Shown one piece after another: positions 38,151 to 46,665 of a stretch of 64,000 bases of DNA. The DNA lies in NCBI GenBank assembly GCA_964291625.2, contig OZ220089.1:1280001-1344000 (forward strand), given 5' to 3'. Position 1 is the first letter of the stretch, and the number at the start of each line of letters is the position of its first letter. The position numbers were made by a program, and so were the translations under genes. Under the pieces are notes generated by a model. The model was not told the origin of the DNA. It saw only the letters and a list, made by a program, of their open reading frames with translations, and did no database searches. The stretch is from Candidatus Latescibacterota bacterium (GTDB taxonomy: Bacteria > Latescibacterota > UBA2968 > UBA8231).

Positions 38151-39124
38151 CAGCCGCCCGTCCGCCGCTCCAGGGCCAGGTCGATCATCCGGTCGATGGT
38201 GTACCGCGGCGCGTACCCCAGCAGGCGCCCCGCCTTGTCGTTGCTGATGCGGTAGCGCCCCAGCCCGGAGAGGCGGATCCCCGCCCACGGCCGGTCCAGC
38301 CCACGGGCCACCTTCTCGATGCAGTCCAGGAAGCGGAAGGGGGCGTCGCCGGCGATGTTGAAGATCTGGTTGGCAGCGGCCTCGTGGTTCTCCAGGGCCA
38401 GGACGAAGCCGTCGGCGATGTCGTCGGCGTGGGCCAGCTGCACCTCCACCGAGGTGCCGTCCTCGTAGAGGGGGGCGATCAGGCCGGGGCCCTCGGCGCG
38501 GAGGGCGTCGAGCCGCTCCTGCTCCCCGGGCGCCAGCAGGGTCTCCCAGAACTCCGGCTCGAAGGCCTGCAGCACGTCGCTCTCGTCGAGGGTCCAGCCG
38601 ACGCGGTGGATGGCGCAGGGCAGCCCGTAGGACTTCTGGTAGTTCACGCACATGCTCTCGAGGGTGGCCTTGGCCAGGGAGTAGAAGCGGCCCGGCCGCA
38701 GGGTGATCTCCACCTCCTCGGTGATCACCTCTTCGTGCGCCCGGTAGATGGCGCAGAACACGGCGTCGCTACTGGCGAAGGCGAGGAGCCGCACCGTCCC
38801 CGCCTGGCGCGCCGCCTCCAGGACGTTGTAGGTGCCGCGCACCAGGTGGTCGAAGAGATGGTCGTTCTCGAGGCTGTCCTCCACGGCGGTGCCCATCTCG
38901 AAGACGGCGGCGAGGTGGCAGACGAAGTCGCAGCCGGCCACGGCGTCGGCGAAGGTGGAACGGTCGCGGACGTCGCCGCGGACCAGGGTCATATCGCTGG
39001 AGGCGATGCCCTCGGGTTCGTTGTTGTGGACCAGGACGCGCACCTGGTAGCCCCGGTCCAGCAGCTTGCCGAGGAGCCGGCGGCCGATGCGGCCGGCGCC
39101 GCCGGTGAGGAAGACGGTCTTCAA
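38150..39124 (-). CDS. NAD-dependent epimerase/dehydratase
   Basis: TGGAGRIG, HLAA, YSLAK; TTG start overlapping upstream TGA. Confidence 0.88.
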   Translation of the reverse strand: MKTVFLTGGAGRIGRRLLGKLLDRGYQVRVLVHNNEPEGIASSDMTLVRGDVRDRSTFADAVAGCDFVCHLAAVFEMGTAVEDSLENDHLFDHLVRGTYNVLEAARQAGTVRLLAFASSDAVFCAIYRAHEEVITEEVEITLRPGRFYSLAKATLESMCVNYQKSYGLPCAIHRVGWTLDESDVLQAFEPEFWETLLAPGEQERLDALRAEGPGLIAPLYEDGTSVEVQLAHADDIADGFVLALENHEAAANQIFNIAGDAPFRFLDCIEKVARGLDRPWAGIRLSGLGRYRISNDKAGRLLGYAPRYTIDRMIDLALERRTGG

Positions 39125-40284
39125 ACCAGCTCGCCGCGGTGGTCGAGGACCTTGCTCACCGCGTCCGCAATCAGGCCGACCTGATCCTCGCCGGCGAGCA
39201 GGGCGTGGTGGAAGATCCAGACCGAGCGCGCCGACAGCTCCGCCGAGACCGGGAACTCCCCCTCCGCCAGGCCGCTGTTCCGCAGGCAGACGACCTCGTG
39301 GAGGGCCGGGTACTGGTCCTCCACGGGCACGCCCTCGGCCCGCAGGGCCCGCTTGAAGGCGTCGCGAGGAACGTCGGCCTCCACCACGAAGGGGAAGAGG
39401 TAGTGCCCGTGCCGCCCGAGCCCGGGCTGGCGCTCCTGGGGGCGGACCCCGTCGATGGCGGAGAGCCGCTCGTTGAGCAGCGCTCCGTGGCGGTCGCGCC
39501 GGTCGCAGAGCTCCTCGAGTCGGCTCATCTGGGCCAGGAGCAGGGCCGCCTGCAGCTCCGAGAGGCGGTAGTTGCTGCCGAGGGTGAAGTGGTTGTAGTC
39601 GTCCTCGCTGCCGTGGCGCCCGGCGCTGTGGATGGCCCGCATCCTCGCCAGCAGCCGCTCCGACCGGGTGACCACGGCGCCGCCCTCGCCGCAGCAGAGG
39701 GTCTTGCTGGACTGGAAGCTGAAGGTGCCGACCTCGCCGAAGGAGCCGGCGTACCTCCCGTCCAGGTGGGCGCCGTGGGCGTGGGCGCAGTCCTCGACCA
39801 CGGCTAGGCCGTAGCGGTCGGCCAGGAGGAGGGTGGCCTCCATGTCGCACAGGTTGCCGCCGAAATGGACGGGGATGACGGCGCGGGTGCGCTCGGTGAC
39901 CGCCGCCTCGACCGCGGCGGGGTCGATGGTGAAGGTGTCCGGCCGCACGTCGACCAGGACCGGCCGGATCCCCAGGCGCATGGGGGCGGTGGCCGTGGCC
40001 ACGAAGGTGTAGTCGGGGACGATGACCTCGTCGCCAAGACCGAGGCCCAGGGCCTCGAGGGCCATCTCGATGGCCACGGTGCCGTTGGCCACCGGCAGCA
40101 CGTGGCCCGCCTGCTGGAACTCGGCGAAACGGCGGGAGAACTCGGCCAGACACTCGCCGCCGACCCCCCAGGTGCCGCTCTCGAGGGCGGCCTGCACCCG
40201 CGCGCGTTCGGTGCCGTCCTGGATCGGCCAGCCCGGGAAGGGATCCGTGATCAGGGGGTCGCCGGAGTGGATCGCCAGGGGCAA
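39121..40284 (-). CDS. DegT/DnrJ/EryC1/StrS aminotransferase
   Basis: ANGTVA, EDCAHAHG, FSFQSSK..GEGG, GSNYRLSE; TTG start with GGAGG RBS. Confidence 0.9.
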   Translation of the reverse strand: MPLAIHSGDPLITDPFPGWPIQDGTERARVQAALESGTWGVGGECLAEFSRRFAEFQQAGHVLPVANGTVAIEMALEALGLGLGDEVIVPDYTFVATATAPMRLGIRPVLVDVRPDTFTIDPAAVEAAVTERTRAVIPVHFGGNLCDMEATLLLADRYGLAVVEDCAHAHGAHLDGRYAGSFGEVGTFSFQSSKTLCCGEGGAVVTRSERLLARMRAIHSAGRHGSEDDYNHFTLGSNYRLSELQAALLLAQMSRLEELCDRRDRHGALLNERLSAIDGVRPQERQPGLGRHGHYLFPFVVEADVPRDAFKRALRAEGVPVEDQYPALHEVVCLRNSGLAEGEFPVSAELSARSVWIFHHALLAGEDQVGLIADAVSKVLDHRGELV

Positions 40285-40414
40285 GGGGTCCTCCGCGTGT
40301 TGGCGGGATTCCGGGGACGCCGGAAGCGGGCCTAGCATAGGGCGGGGTCCGGCGCCTCGACAAGCGGCCCCCCGCCTTGGAATCCGCTCCGGCGAGGGCC
40401 TATGCTTGCCCGGC

Positions 40415-41887
40415 GTGAGAGACGAATCGACGAAGATCCAGGGGAACCTGAGCCGCCGCGCGGTCCTCAAGGGCGGCCTCTACGGCAGCCTCGCGGCGGG
40501 ACTCGCCCCCTCCCTGCTGCTGGGCGGCTGCGGCCGCCGGAGCCGGCGCCCGCACGTCATCCTCATCACCCTCGACACCACCCGGGCGGACCACCTCTCC
40601 TGCTACGGCTATGCCCGGCACACGAGCCCCCACCTCGACCGGGTGGCGGCCGAGTCCGTCCTCTACGAGAAGGCGACCGCCCCCTCGAGCTGGACCCTGC
40701 CCTCCCACGCCGCCCTGTTCACCGGCAAGTTCACCGCCTCCCACGGCGCCCGCTACGACCCCGAGGGCCCCCTGCGCCTCGACCGCGCCATCGACGCCCC
40801 CGCTTCGTGGGAGGTCTTCCGGGCGCGGGGCCTGTCCCCGGAGGAGCCGACCCTGGCGCAGCTCCTGGGGCAGGCCGGGTACGCCACCGGCGCTGTCCTC
40901 GGCGGCCCCTGGATGAAGAAGATCTTCGGCCTCAACAAGGGCTTCGACTTCTACGACGACTCCTCGATCAGCTCGGTCTCCGGCCGCCTGGCCCCGGAGG
41001 TCACCCGCAGCGCCCTGCGCTGGACCGGCGCCCGGGAGGAGAAGCCCCTGTTCCTGTTCCTCAACTACTACGACCCCCACAGCCCCTACAACCCGCCCGA
41101 GCGCTTCGCCCGGACCTTCGTGCCCGCGGGGCCCGACCTGCGGGGCCGCAATATCACCCTCGAGGAACGGGTCGCCCTGTACGACGGCGAGATCCTCTAC
41201 ATGGACCGCTACATCGGCCGGCTGTTCAAGGAACTGAAAGCCCTGGGTTTGTACGACGACGCCCTCGTCGTGATCACCGCCGACCACGGCGAGCTGCTCG
41301 GCGAGCACGGCCGCTTCGGCCACGGCAACTACCTGCACCAGGAGGAGATCCACGTCCCCCTCTTCGTGAAGTACCCCGCCGGTGAGGTGGGACCCGCGCG
41401 CACCGACGTCCCCGTGCAGCTCGTCGACGTGATGGCCCTCCTCTTCGAGCGCCTGGAGCTGCCCCTGCCCGAGGGCGTCCAGGCGGGCCGGCCCCCCGAC
41501 ATCCGTCACCCGGTGGCAGCCGAGGCCTACCCCCTGCCCGTGCTCAGCTCCGACGGCCACTGGCGGGCCCTGCTGGAGGGGCGCCGCAAGCTGCTCTGGA
41601 ACAGCCTGGGGAACCACCAGCTCTTCGACCTGGAGAAGGACCCGGGGGAGGAGGAGAATCTCTTCGCGTCTCAGCCGCGGCGGGCGGAGGCGATGATGGG
41701 CCGGCTGAACCGCTTTCTCGAGGCGCTGCCGGCGCCGGGGGCCGCGGGGCCCAAGGGGCGGGTCGACGAGGAGACGGGGAAGGCCCTGGAGAGCCTGGGT
41801 ATCTCTGATCCCGCCTCAATGCCCGGAGGTGCTCAGCGCCGTGGGCTGGCGGCCTCTTGGGGACAGAGTTCGAGGAGGTCGGCTTAG
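40415..41887 (+). CDS. Sulfatase-superfamily protein with Tat-like signal
   Basis: SRRAVLK, LITLDTTRADH, WTLPSHAALFTG, DPHSPY, TADHGE; true end probably LGYL* at ~41808 if one base is restored. Confidence 0.85.
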   Translation: MRDESTKIQGNLSRRAVLKGGLYGSLAAGLAPSLLLGGCGRRSRRPHVILITLDTTRADHLSCYGYARHTSPHLDRVAAESVLYEKATAPSSWTLPSHAALFTGKFTASHGARYDPEGPLRLDRAIDAPASWEVFRARGLSPEEPTLAQLLGQAGYATGAVLGGPWMKKIFGLNKGFDFYDDSSISSVSGRLAPEVTRSALRWTGAREEKPLFLFLNYYDPHSPYNPPERFARTFVPAGPDLRGRNITLEERVALYDGEILYMDRYIGRLFKELKALGLYDDALVVITADHGELLGEHGRFGHGNYLHQEEIHVPLFVKYPAGEVGPARTDVPVQLVDVMALLFERLELPLPEGVQAGRPPDIRHPVAAEAYPLPVLSSDGHWRALLEGRRKLLWNSLGNHQLFDLEKDPGEEENLFASQPRRAEAMMGRLNRFLEALPAPGAAGPKGRVDEETGKALESLGISDPASMPGGAQRRGLAASWGQSSRRSA

Positions 41888-42110
41888 GACTCCTGGAACC
41901 CATGGTCTTCGAACTACTGGCTTGGCTGTCCCCGGGATCCAGTACCTTAGTCGGGCAGTGCTACGGACGTCGAAACTCCGGCGCCGACCACGAAGAGGAC
42001 CCCTCCTCGCGCATGAGCCAGAAGGAGATCCTTCGGAATCAGCAGACCTTCTCAGAGTCGTCGCGAATGGACAAGGTGCCGGCGCTCCGCAGGTACAGGG
42101 TGGTCGGCGG

Positions 42111-42520
42111 TCACTTGCTGGCCGAATAGCGCACTAGACGCTTGTTGGTTTCCGACTTGGGCAGCCTGCACCGAGGGTGAGCACAGATCGCTTCAGGCCT
42201 GCGTAGAGCATGCTCGCGCTTGTAGCGGAGCCCTCGAACATGCGGTCGAGGAGCCACAGAACCCCGTGGCAATCGACGTTCTCCTCGTTTGCCAACTCAC
42301 GCAGCACCTGGTCACCGGTGAGCAGGGTCCAACCGTTGCCCGCCGCAAGGGCAAGAGCGAAGCTGTCCGGGAGCGAGAGAGACGGCTGCTTTCTCCGGTA
42401 GCCAAGGGCCTGAACGACTCCGGCGCCCTCCAGCCCCTCGATTCTCAGCCCAAGCCCCAGCAGGTCAGCGCCCCCGTGGTCCTTCAACTCGCGCTCGTAC
42501 AGGAGGTCTGGGACGGCTAA
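42111..42520 (-). pseudogene. PIN-domain toxin remnant (N-terminus missing, frameshift ~42191)
   Basis: AVPDLLYERELK...LSLPDSFALALA...LLTGDQVLR...HGVLWLLDRM, then HPRCRLP in another frame. Confidence 0.7.
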
Positions 42521-43596
42521 TGGGCTGCACTCTCCAGCTTTGGCGGTTGTTCCATGCGCTGGTTCAGGTCGTGGGCTGAGACGCCCAGCAGCTCCGCAGC
42601 CTTGGCCTGGGAAATCGCGCCCTCGGCCAGGGCGCGGAAGCACAGGCGCTCGAAGCGTCGGGGCTCCTCCCTCTTCATGGCGAGGGGCTCCTGGTAGGGG
42701 GGCGTGCGCCAGCCAAACTGCGAGATGTCCTTGAACAGGCGCCGGTACAGGGTCTCGCTGAAGATTTGAAGATCCTTGCACCGATAGGTCAGTGCCTGAA
42801 CGCTCACGCCGAACAACTGCTTGAGATCGAAGAGTTCCTCCCAGCCGATGGAGGTGCGGTGCTTGCCCATGCCGGCCCACACGGCCTCGGCGGGCATCAG
42901 TAACGCTCCGGCGAAACGGAAGGCGGCCTTCTCGGGGTCTACCTTCGGGGCGACTTCCAAGACCAGATGTCCTAGCTCGCGGGCCATCGTCAGCCGCTGC
43001 CGCTCGCCCCCGTCGCTGTCGTTGACAACGAGGACGGGAATCGTCGTGTTGCCGGCGCGACGCACCCGGGCCGTGAGGCCATCGATCCTTCCGAGAGCGC
43101 ACGAGAGCACCTTGATGCCGTGCTCTTCCATCACCTCGACCAAGTTAGGGATAGGGTCCAGCCCCAGGCCCCAGTACGAGCGGAGGCTGTGTGCGGCCCG
43201 GTCGGCCTCCCCGGGGTGGCTGACGACGGGGAACGGTGCCTCCCGGGGCTTGTCCCAGTTTACACTGGTCAACCCGAGGAACTCCTCGACCATGAGATAC
43301 CGCTCCAGCAGGTGCAGTACCTTCGCCTCGACCTGCGCCTCATCACGCCTGCCCGTGATCCTCTTCTTGCGAAACTCGACGGACTCCAGAGCCATTTCCT
43401 GCTCACCGACCAGGTAGTCCACCGGGACCGAGAGGGCATCGGCCAGCGCGATCAGCACTCCTGAGCTCGGCATGGACTCGTCGCGCTCGTACTTGCCGAT
43501 CGCCTGCGCCGTCACGCGTCTGGCGATGCGTTCCTCCAGGCCGCGAAGTGAAAGGCCTGCTGCCGTACGAGCAAGCTTGAGTCTCTGGCCGATCAA
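42517..43596 (-). CDS. XRE HTH plus IrrE/ImmA (M78) peptidase domain protein, zinc motif degenerate (RELGH)
   Basis: RLKLARTAAGLSL...IGKYER; RQRLTMARELGH; AFRFAGALLMP. Confidence 0.88.
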   Translation of the reverse strand: MIGQRLKLARTAAGLSLRGLEERIARRVTAQAIGKYERDESMPSSGVLIALADALSVPVDYLVGEQEMALESVEFRKKRITGRRDEAQVEAKVLHLLERYLMVEEFLGLTSVNWDKPREAPFPVVSHPGEADRAAHSLRSYWGLGLDPIPNLVEVMEEHGIKVLSCALGRIDGLTARVRRAGNTTIPVLVVNDSDGGERQRLTMARELGHLVLEVAPKVDPEKAAFRFAGALLMPAEAVWAGMGKHRTSIGWEELFDLKQLFGVSVQALTYRCKDLQIFSETLYRRLFKDISQFGWRTPPYQEPLAMKREEPRRFERLCFRALAEGAISQAKAAELLGVSAHDLNQRMEQPPKLESAAH

Positions 43597-43770
43597 GATA
43601 TCACTCTCCCCCGCGGAAAGTTTCCAAACGACTCTGTCAATCTACAGAATGTAAACTGAACCGCAAGGGCTCCGGGGCAAACCTCCTGAGGGACAGGGCG
43701 CCCCATGCCGCCGCAGTCCGGGTAGCCCTCCAGGATCACCACGAGGCCGGCCTTGCCGGCCAAAGCCCCG

Positions 43771-43799
43771 TTGACAACCGCCCGCAGCCGCCTTACCGT
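43771..43799 (+). promoter_or_regulatory. Putative sigma70 promoter
   Basis: TTGACA-17 nt-TACCGT, 40 nt upstream of 43839. Confidence 0.5.
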
Positions 43800-43838
43800 G
43801 CGGGCATGTCCTTCCCCCGCAAAAGGATGGGGTGAATC

Positions 43839-44567
43839 ATGAGAACTCCCTTTCACGGCCTCCTGCTCCTCTGCCTGGCCTCCGGCTGCGGCTACCACCA
43901 CTACGCGGGCCCCCTGGAGCCCACCGGCGAGCAGGAGACGGCGCTCACCGTGGCCGACGACGGCAGCGTCACCTATGCCAGGGGCCGCCTGGACGTCGTG
44001 CTGCGCCCCATGAGCGACGAGGAGCTGAACCGCCAGTTCGCCGAGCATTCCCGGGGCGGGGTGAAGGCGACCAACCCCTACACCTTCGGCGACACCGACT
44101 TCTTCATCGGGAGGAAGGACCCCCAGCGCTTCACCGTGTTCAGCCTGGCGGTGCGGAACTACGAGTACCCGAAGATCATCATCGAGCCGGAACAGGTGCA
44201 GATGATCGCCGGCAACGGGCGCCACTACTGGAGCCTGAACATCTCCCAGCTCGAGAACTACTACCGGATATACGCCGTCGGCTACCGGGGCAACGCCTAC
44301 GAGCGCAACAACGAGCGGTCCGGCGTGATGCTGCGCACCCTGGCCCAGCCCGAGCCCGTCTTCAACGGCCAGGAGACCGAGGGCTTCATCGTCTTCCCCG
44401 CCCTGCACCCGGACGTGACCGAGGTCGAGGTCGTCATCAACGACGCCATGCTGCGCTTCGACTACCGCGACGAGCCGGTGGAGATGGTGGACATCACCTA
44501 CCGCTTCCGGCGCGACGTGGGCCGCCGCTACCACGACGGCAGCATCGAGCTCACCGCCCGGGACTGA
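43839..44567 (+). CDS. Hypothetical lipoprotein
   Basis: Lipobox ASGC; strong GC3 codon bias. Confidence 0.8.
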   Translation: MRTPFHGLLLLCLASGCGYHHYAGPLEPTGEQETALTVADDGSVTYARGRLDVVLRPMSDEELNRQFAEHSRGGVKATNPYTFGDTDFFIGRKDPQRFTVFSLAVRNYEYPKIIIEPEQVQMIAGNGRHYWSLNISQLENYYRIYAVGYRGNAYERNNERSGVMLRTLAQPEPVFNGQETEGFIVFPALHPDVTEVEVVINDAMLRFDYRDEPVEMVDITYRFRRDVGRRYHDGSIELTARD

Positions 44568-46656
44568 TCTCCGGGCGGGGCCCCCCGCCTGCCTCCAGCC
44601 GATCCGCCGTCTCGAGGGCCCGCCGGGCCTCCTCGGGGCGGCCCATGCGTTGGTACAGCCCCCCGAGGTGCCTCCGCGTGAGGGCGTCAGCCGGGGCGGC
44701 CGCCGCCGCCGCCCGCAGGGCCCGCTCGGCCTCCTCGAGGAGGCCGGCCCGGGCGTACAGGGCTCCGAGGTTGCGCTGGGCCGGCGCCAGGCCCGGGTCC
44801 TGCTCCACGGCCCGCTCCAGGCAGCGGACCTGCTCCTGCAGCCGTCCCAGGCCGGCGGCGGCCACCGACTTCCCGTACCAGGCGGCCCCGGCCGACGGCC
44901 GCGCCTCCAGGGCCCGGGTGAAGGCCCGCCAGGCGCGGGCCGGGTCGCGGCGGACCAGGGCGAGATGTCCCAGGTGGTACCAGCCCTCGTGCTGCACCGC
45001 CTCCCGGGGATCGATCTCCAGGGCCCGGGCAAAGGCCCTGGAGGACTCGGCCAGCCGCTCCCGGCGCAGCTGCAGCCGGCCGAGGTTGAGCCAGGCCCGG
45101 GCGTAGCGCGGGTCCCGCTCCAGGGCGCGCCGGTAGGAGCGCTCCGCCTCCACGGGGCGGCCGAGGTGCTCGTGGACGACGCCGAGGCTGTTGTGCGCGT
45201 CCGGGCTGCCGGGGTCGCGGACCAGGGCCGCGGTCAGGGCCGCCTCGGCCGCCGGGTAGTCGCCCCGCCGCATGTGCAGGTGCCCCAGGAGCCACTCGGA
45301 CCGCAGGTGGTCCAGCCCCCGGATGTCGACCCCGGTGTGGGCCGCGGCGGCCCCGCCGGCGAGCAGCGCCGCGCCCGCCGCCAGGCGCCGGAACCGGCGG
45401 CCGGCCGCCGCCCGGCAGAGGCCCTCCACGCCGATGCCGGCGAAGAGGATCAGGAAGGGGGCCGCCGGCAGGCGGTAGCGGGCGCTCACCGTGAACATCA
45501 GGCACGAGGCCAGCCAGGCGAGGATGCAGCCCGCCAGGAGCCGATGCTCCGGCCGCCGCAGCCCGCCGCCGAGGACGAGCCCGGCCAGGGCCAGGGGCAC
45601 CACCACACCCATCCCCGGCAGGAAGGGATACAGGGGGGAGCCGGCCTCGATGGTGCGCAGGTCGGCGCTCACCGGCACCTCGTGGTGGTGCCAGAACAGG
45701 CGCAGCTTGCGGTAGAGCAGCTCCAGCCAGCGGCCGGGCTCCGAGGCGATGAACCGCAGGGCCTGGTCCGTGTAGTAGGCGCCCCGCTGCGCCGGCTCGA
45801 CGGCGCCGGCCCGGACCGCCTGCAACTCCAGGCGCTGCCACTCGGCCCCCTGGCGCACATAGGGCGTGCCGTCGGCCCCGGGGTTGGCCCCCTGGTAGAA
45901 GCTCCAGCCCCCCTGGAAGGGCACGGGACTGCCCTGCACGATCTGGTTGCGCGCCAGGTACGGGGACAGGACCAGCACCATGGCCAGGGCCATCTGCGCC
46001 AGCCGCCGGCCTCCCTGCCGCCGCCACACCCACCCGGCGGCCACCGGCGCCAGCAGGATCGTATTGGCCCGGGTCATGGCCAGCAGGCCGAGCAGCGCCC
46101 CGGCGGTGATCGCCGGCCAGGGGGATGAACGGGCGCCGCCCCCCTTTCCGGCGGGGCCGTCCCCGGAGCCGTTGCCGGCGGCCAGCAGCGCCTCCACCAG
46201 GACCAGCTCCAGCAGCAGCACCAGGGTCGTGGCCAGCAGCTCGCCGCCGAAGAGGATGAAAGGCCAGTACACCGCCGCCAGGAGGCCGGCGGCCAGCCCC
46301 GCCGCGGGCGAGGCGCAACGGCGGCCGATGCGGTGGATCAGCCAGCAGCAGGCGGCCCCCATGACCGCCTGCAGCAACCGCGCGCCCACCAGTCCGATCC
46401 CCAGGCCCTTGCAGGCCGCCAGCAGCACCGGGTAGAGGAAACCGTGGACGTAGGCGGTCTCCAGGTCCAGCAGCCACCGCCCGGCGAGCAGGGCCGACGC
46501 CAGGCCGTCGTACTCGTGCGCGTCCAGGACGAGCGTCCCGAAGTGGGGCAGGGAGCGGATGTCGAGCAGGTGCAGCAGGCGCAGGAGAAGCGCCAGGGCG
46601 AAGACGGAAATCCCGGCGAAGCGGTGGCCGGCGAGACCTGTGGCGGCCCGGATCAG
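44551..46656 (-). CDS. GT-C (PMT/GT39-like) membrane glycosyltransferase with C-terminal TPRs
   Basis: LDAHEYDGLA loop, multiple TMs, ARYRLP, TPRs (AHNSLG, AWLNLG, AQRNLG); frame open to CTG at 46656. Confidence 0.8.
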   Translation of the reverse strand: MIRAATGLAGHRFAGISVFALALLLRLLHLLDIRSLPHFGTLVLDAHEYDGLASALLAGRWLLDLETAYVHGFLYPVLLAACKGLGIGLVGARLLQAVMGAACCWLIHRIGRRCASPAAGLAAGLLAAVYWPFILFGGELLATTLVLLLELVLVEALLAAGNGSGDGPAGKGGGARSSPWPAITAGALLGLLAMTRANTILLAPVAAGWVWRRQGGRRLAQMALAMVLVLSPYLARNQIVQGSPVPFQGGWSFYQGANPGADGTPYVRQGAEWQRLELQAVRAGAVEPAQRGAYYTDQALRFIASEPGRWLELLYRKLRLFWHHHEVPVSADLRTIEAGSPLYPFLPGMGVVVPLALAGLVLGGGLRRPEHRLLAGCILAWLASCLMFTVSARYRLPAAPFLILFAGIGVEGLCRAAAGRRFRRLAAGAALLAGGAAAAHTGVDIRGLDHLRSEWLLGHLHMRRGDYPAAEAALTAALVRDPGSPDAHNSLGVVHEHLGRPVEAERSYRRALERDPRYARAWLNLGRLQLRRERLAESSRAFARALEIDPREAVQHEGWYHLGHLALVRRDPARAWRAFTRALEARPSAGAAWYGKSVAAAGLGRLQEQVRCLERAVEQDPGLAPAQRNLGALYARAGLLEEAERALRAAAAAAPADALTRRHLGGLYQRMGRPEEARRALETADRLEAGGGPRPEISPGR

Positions 46657-46665
46657 GGGGGACCC

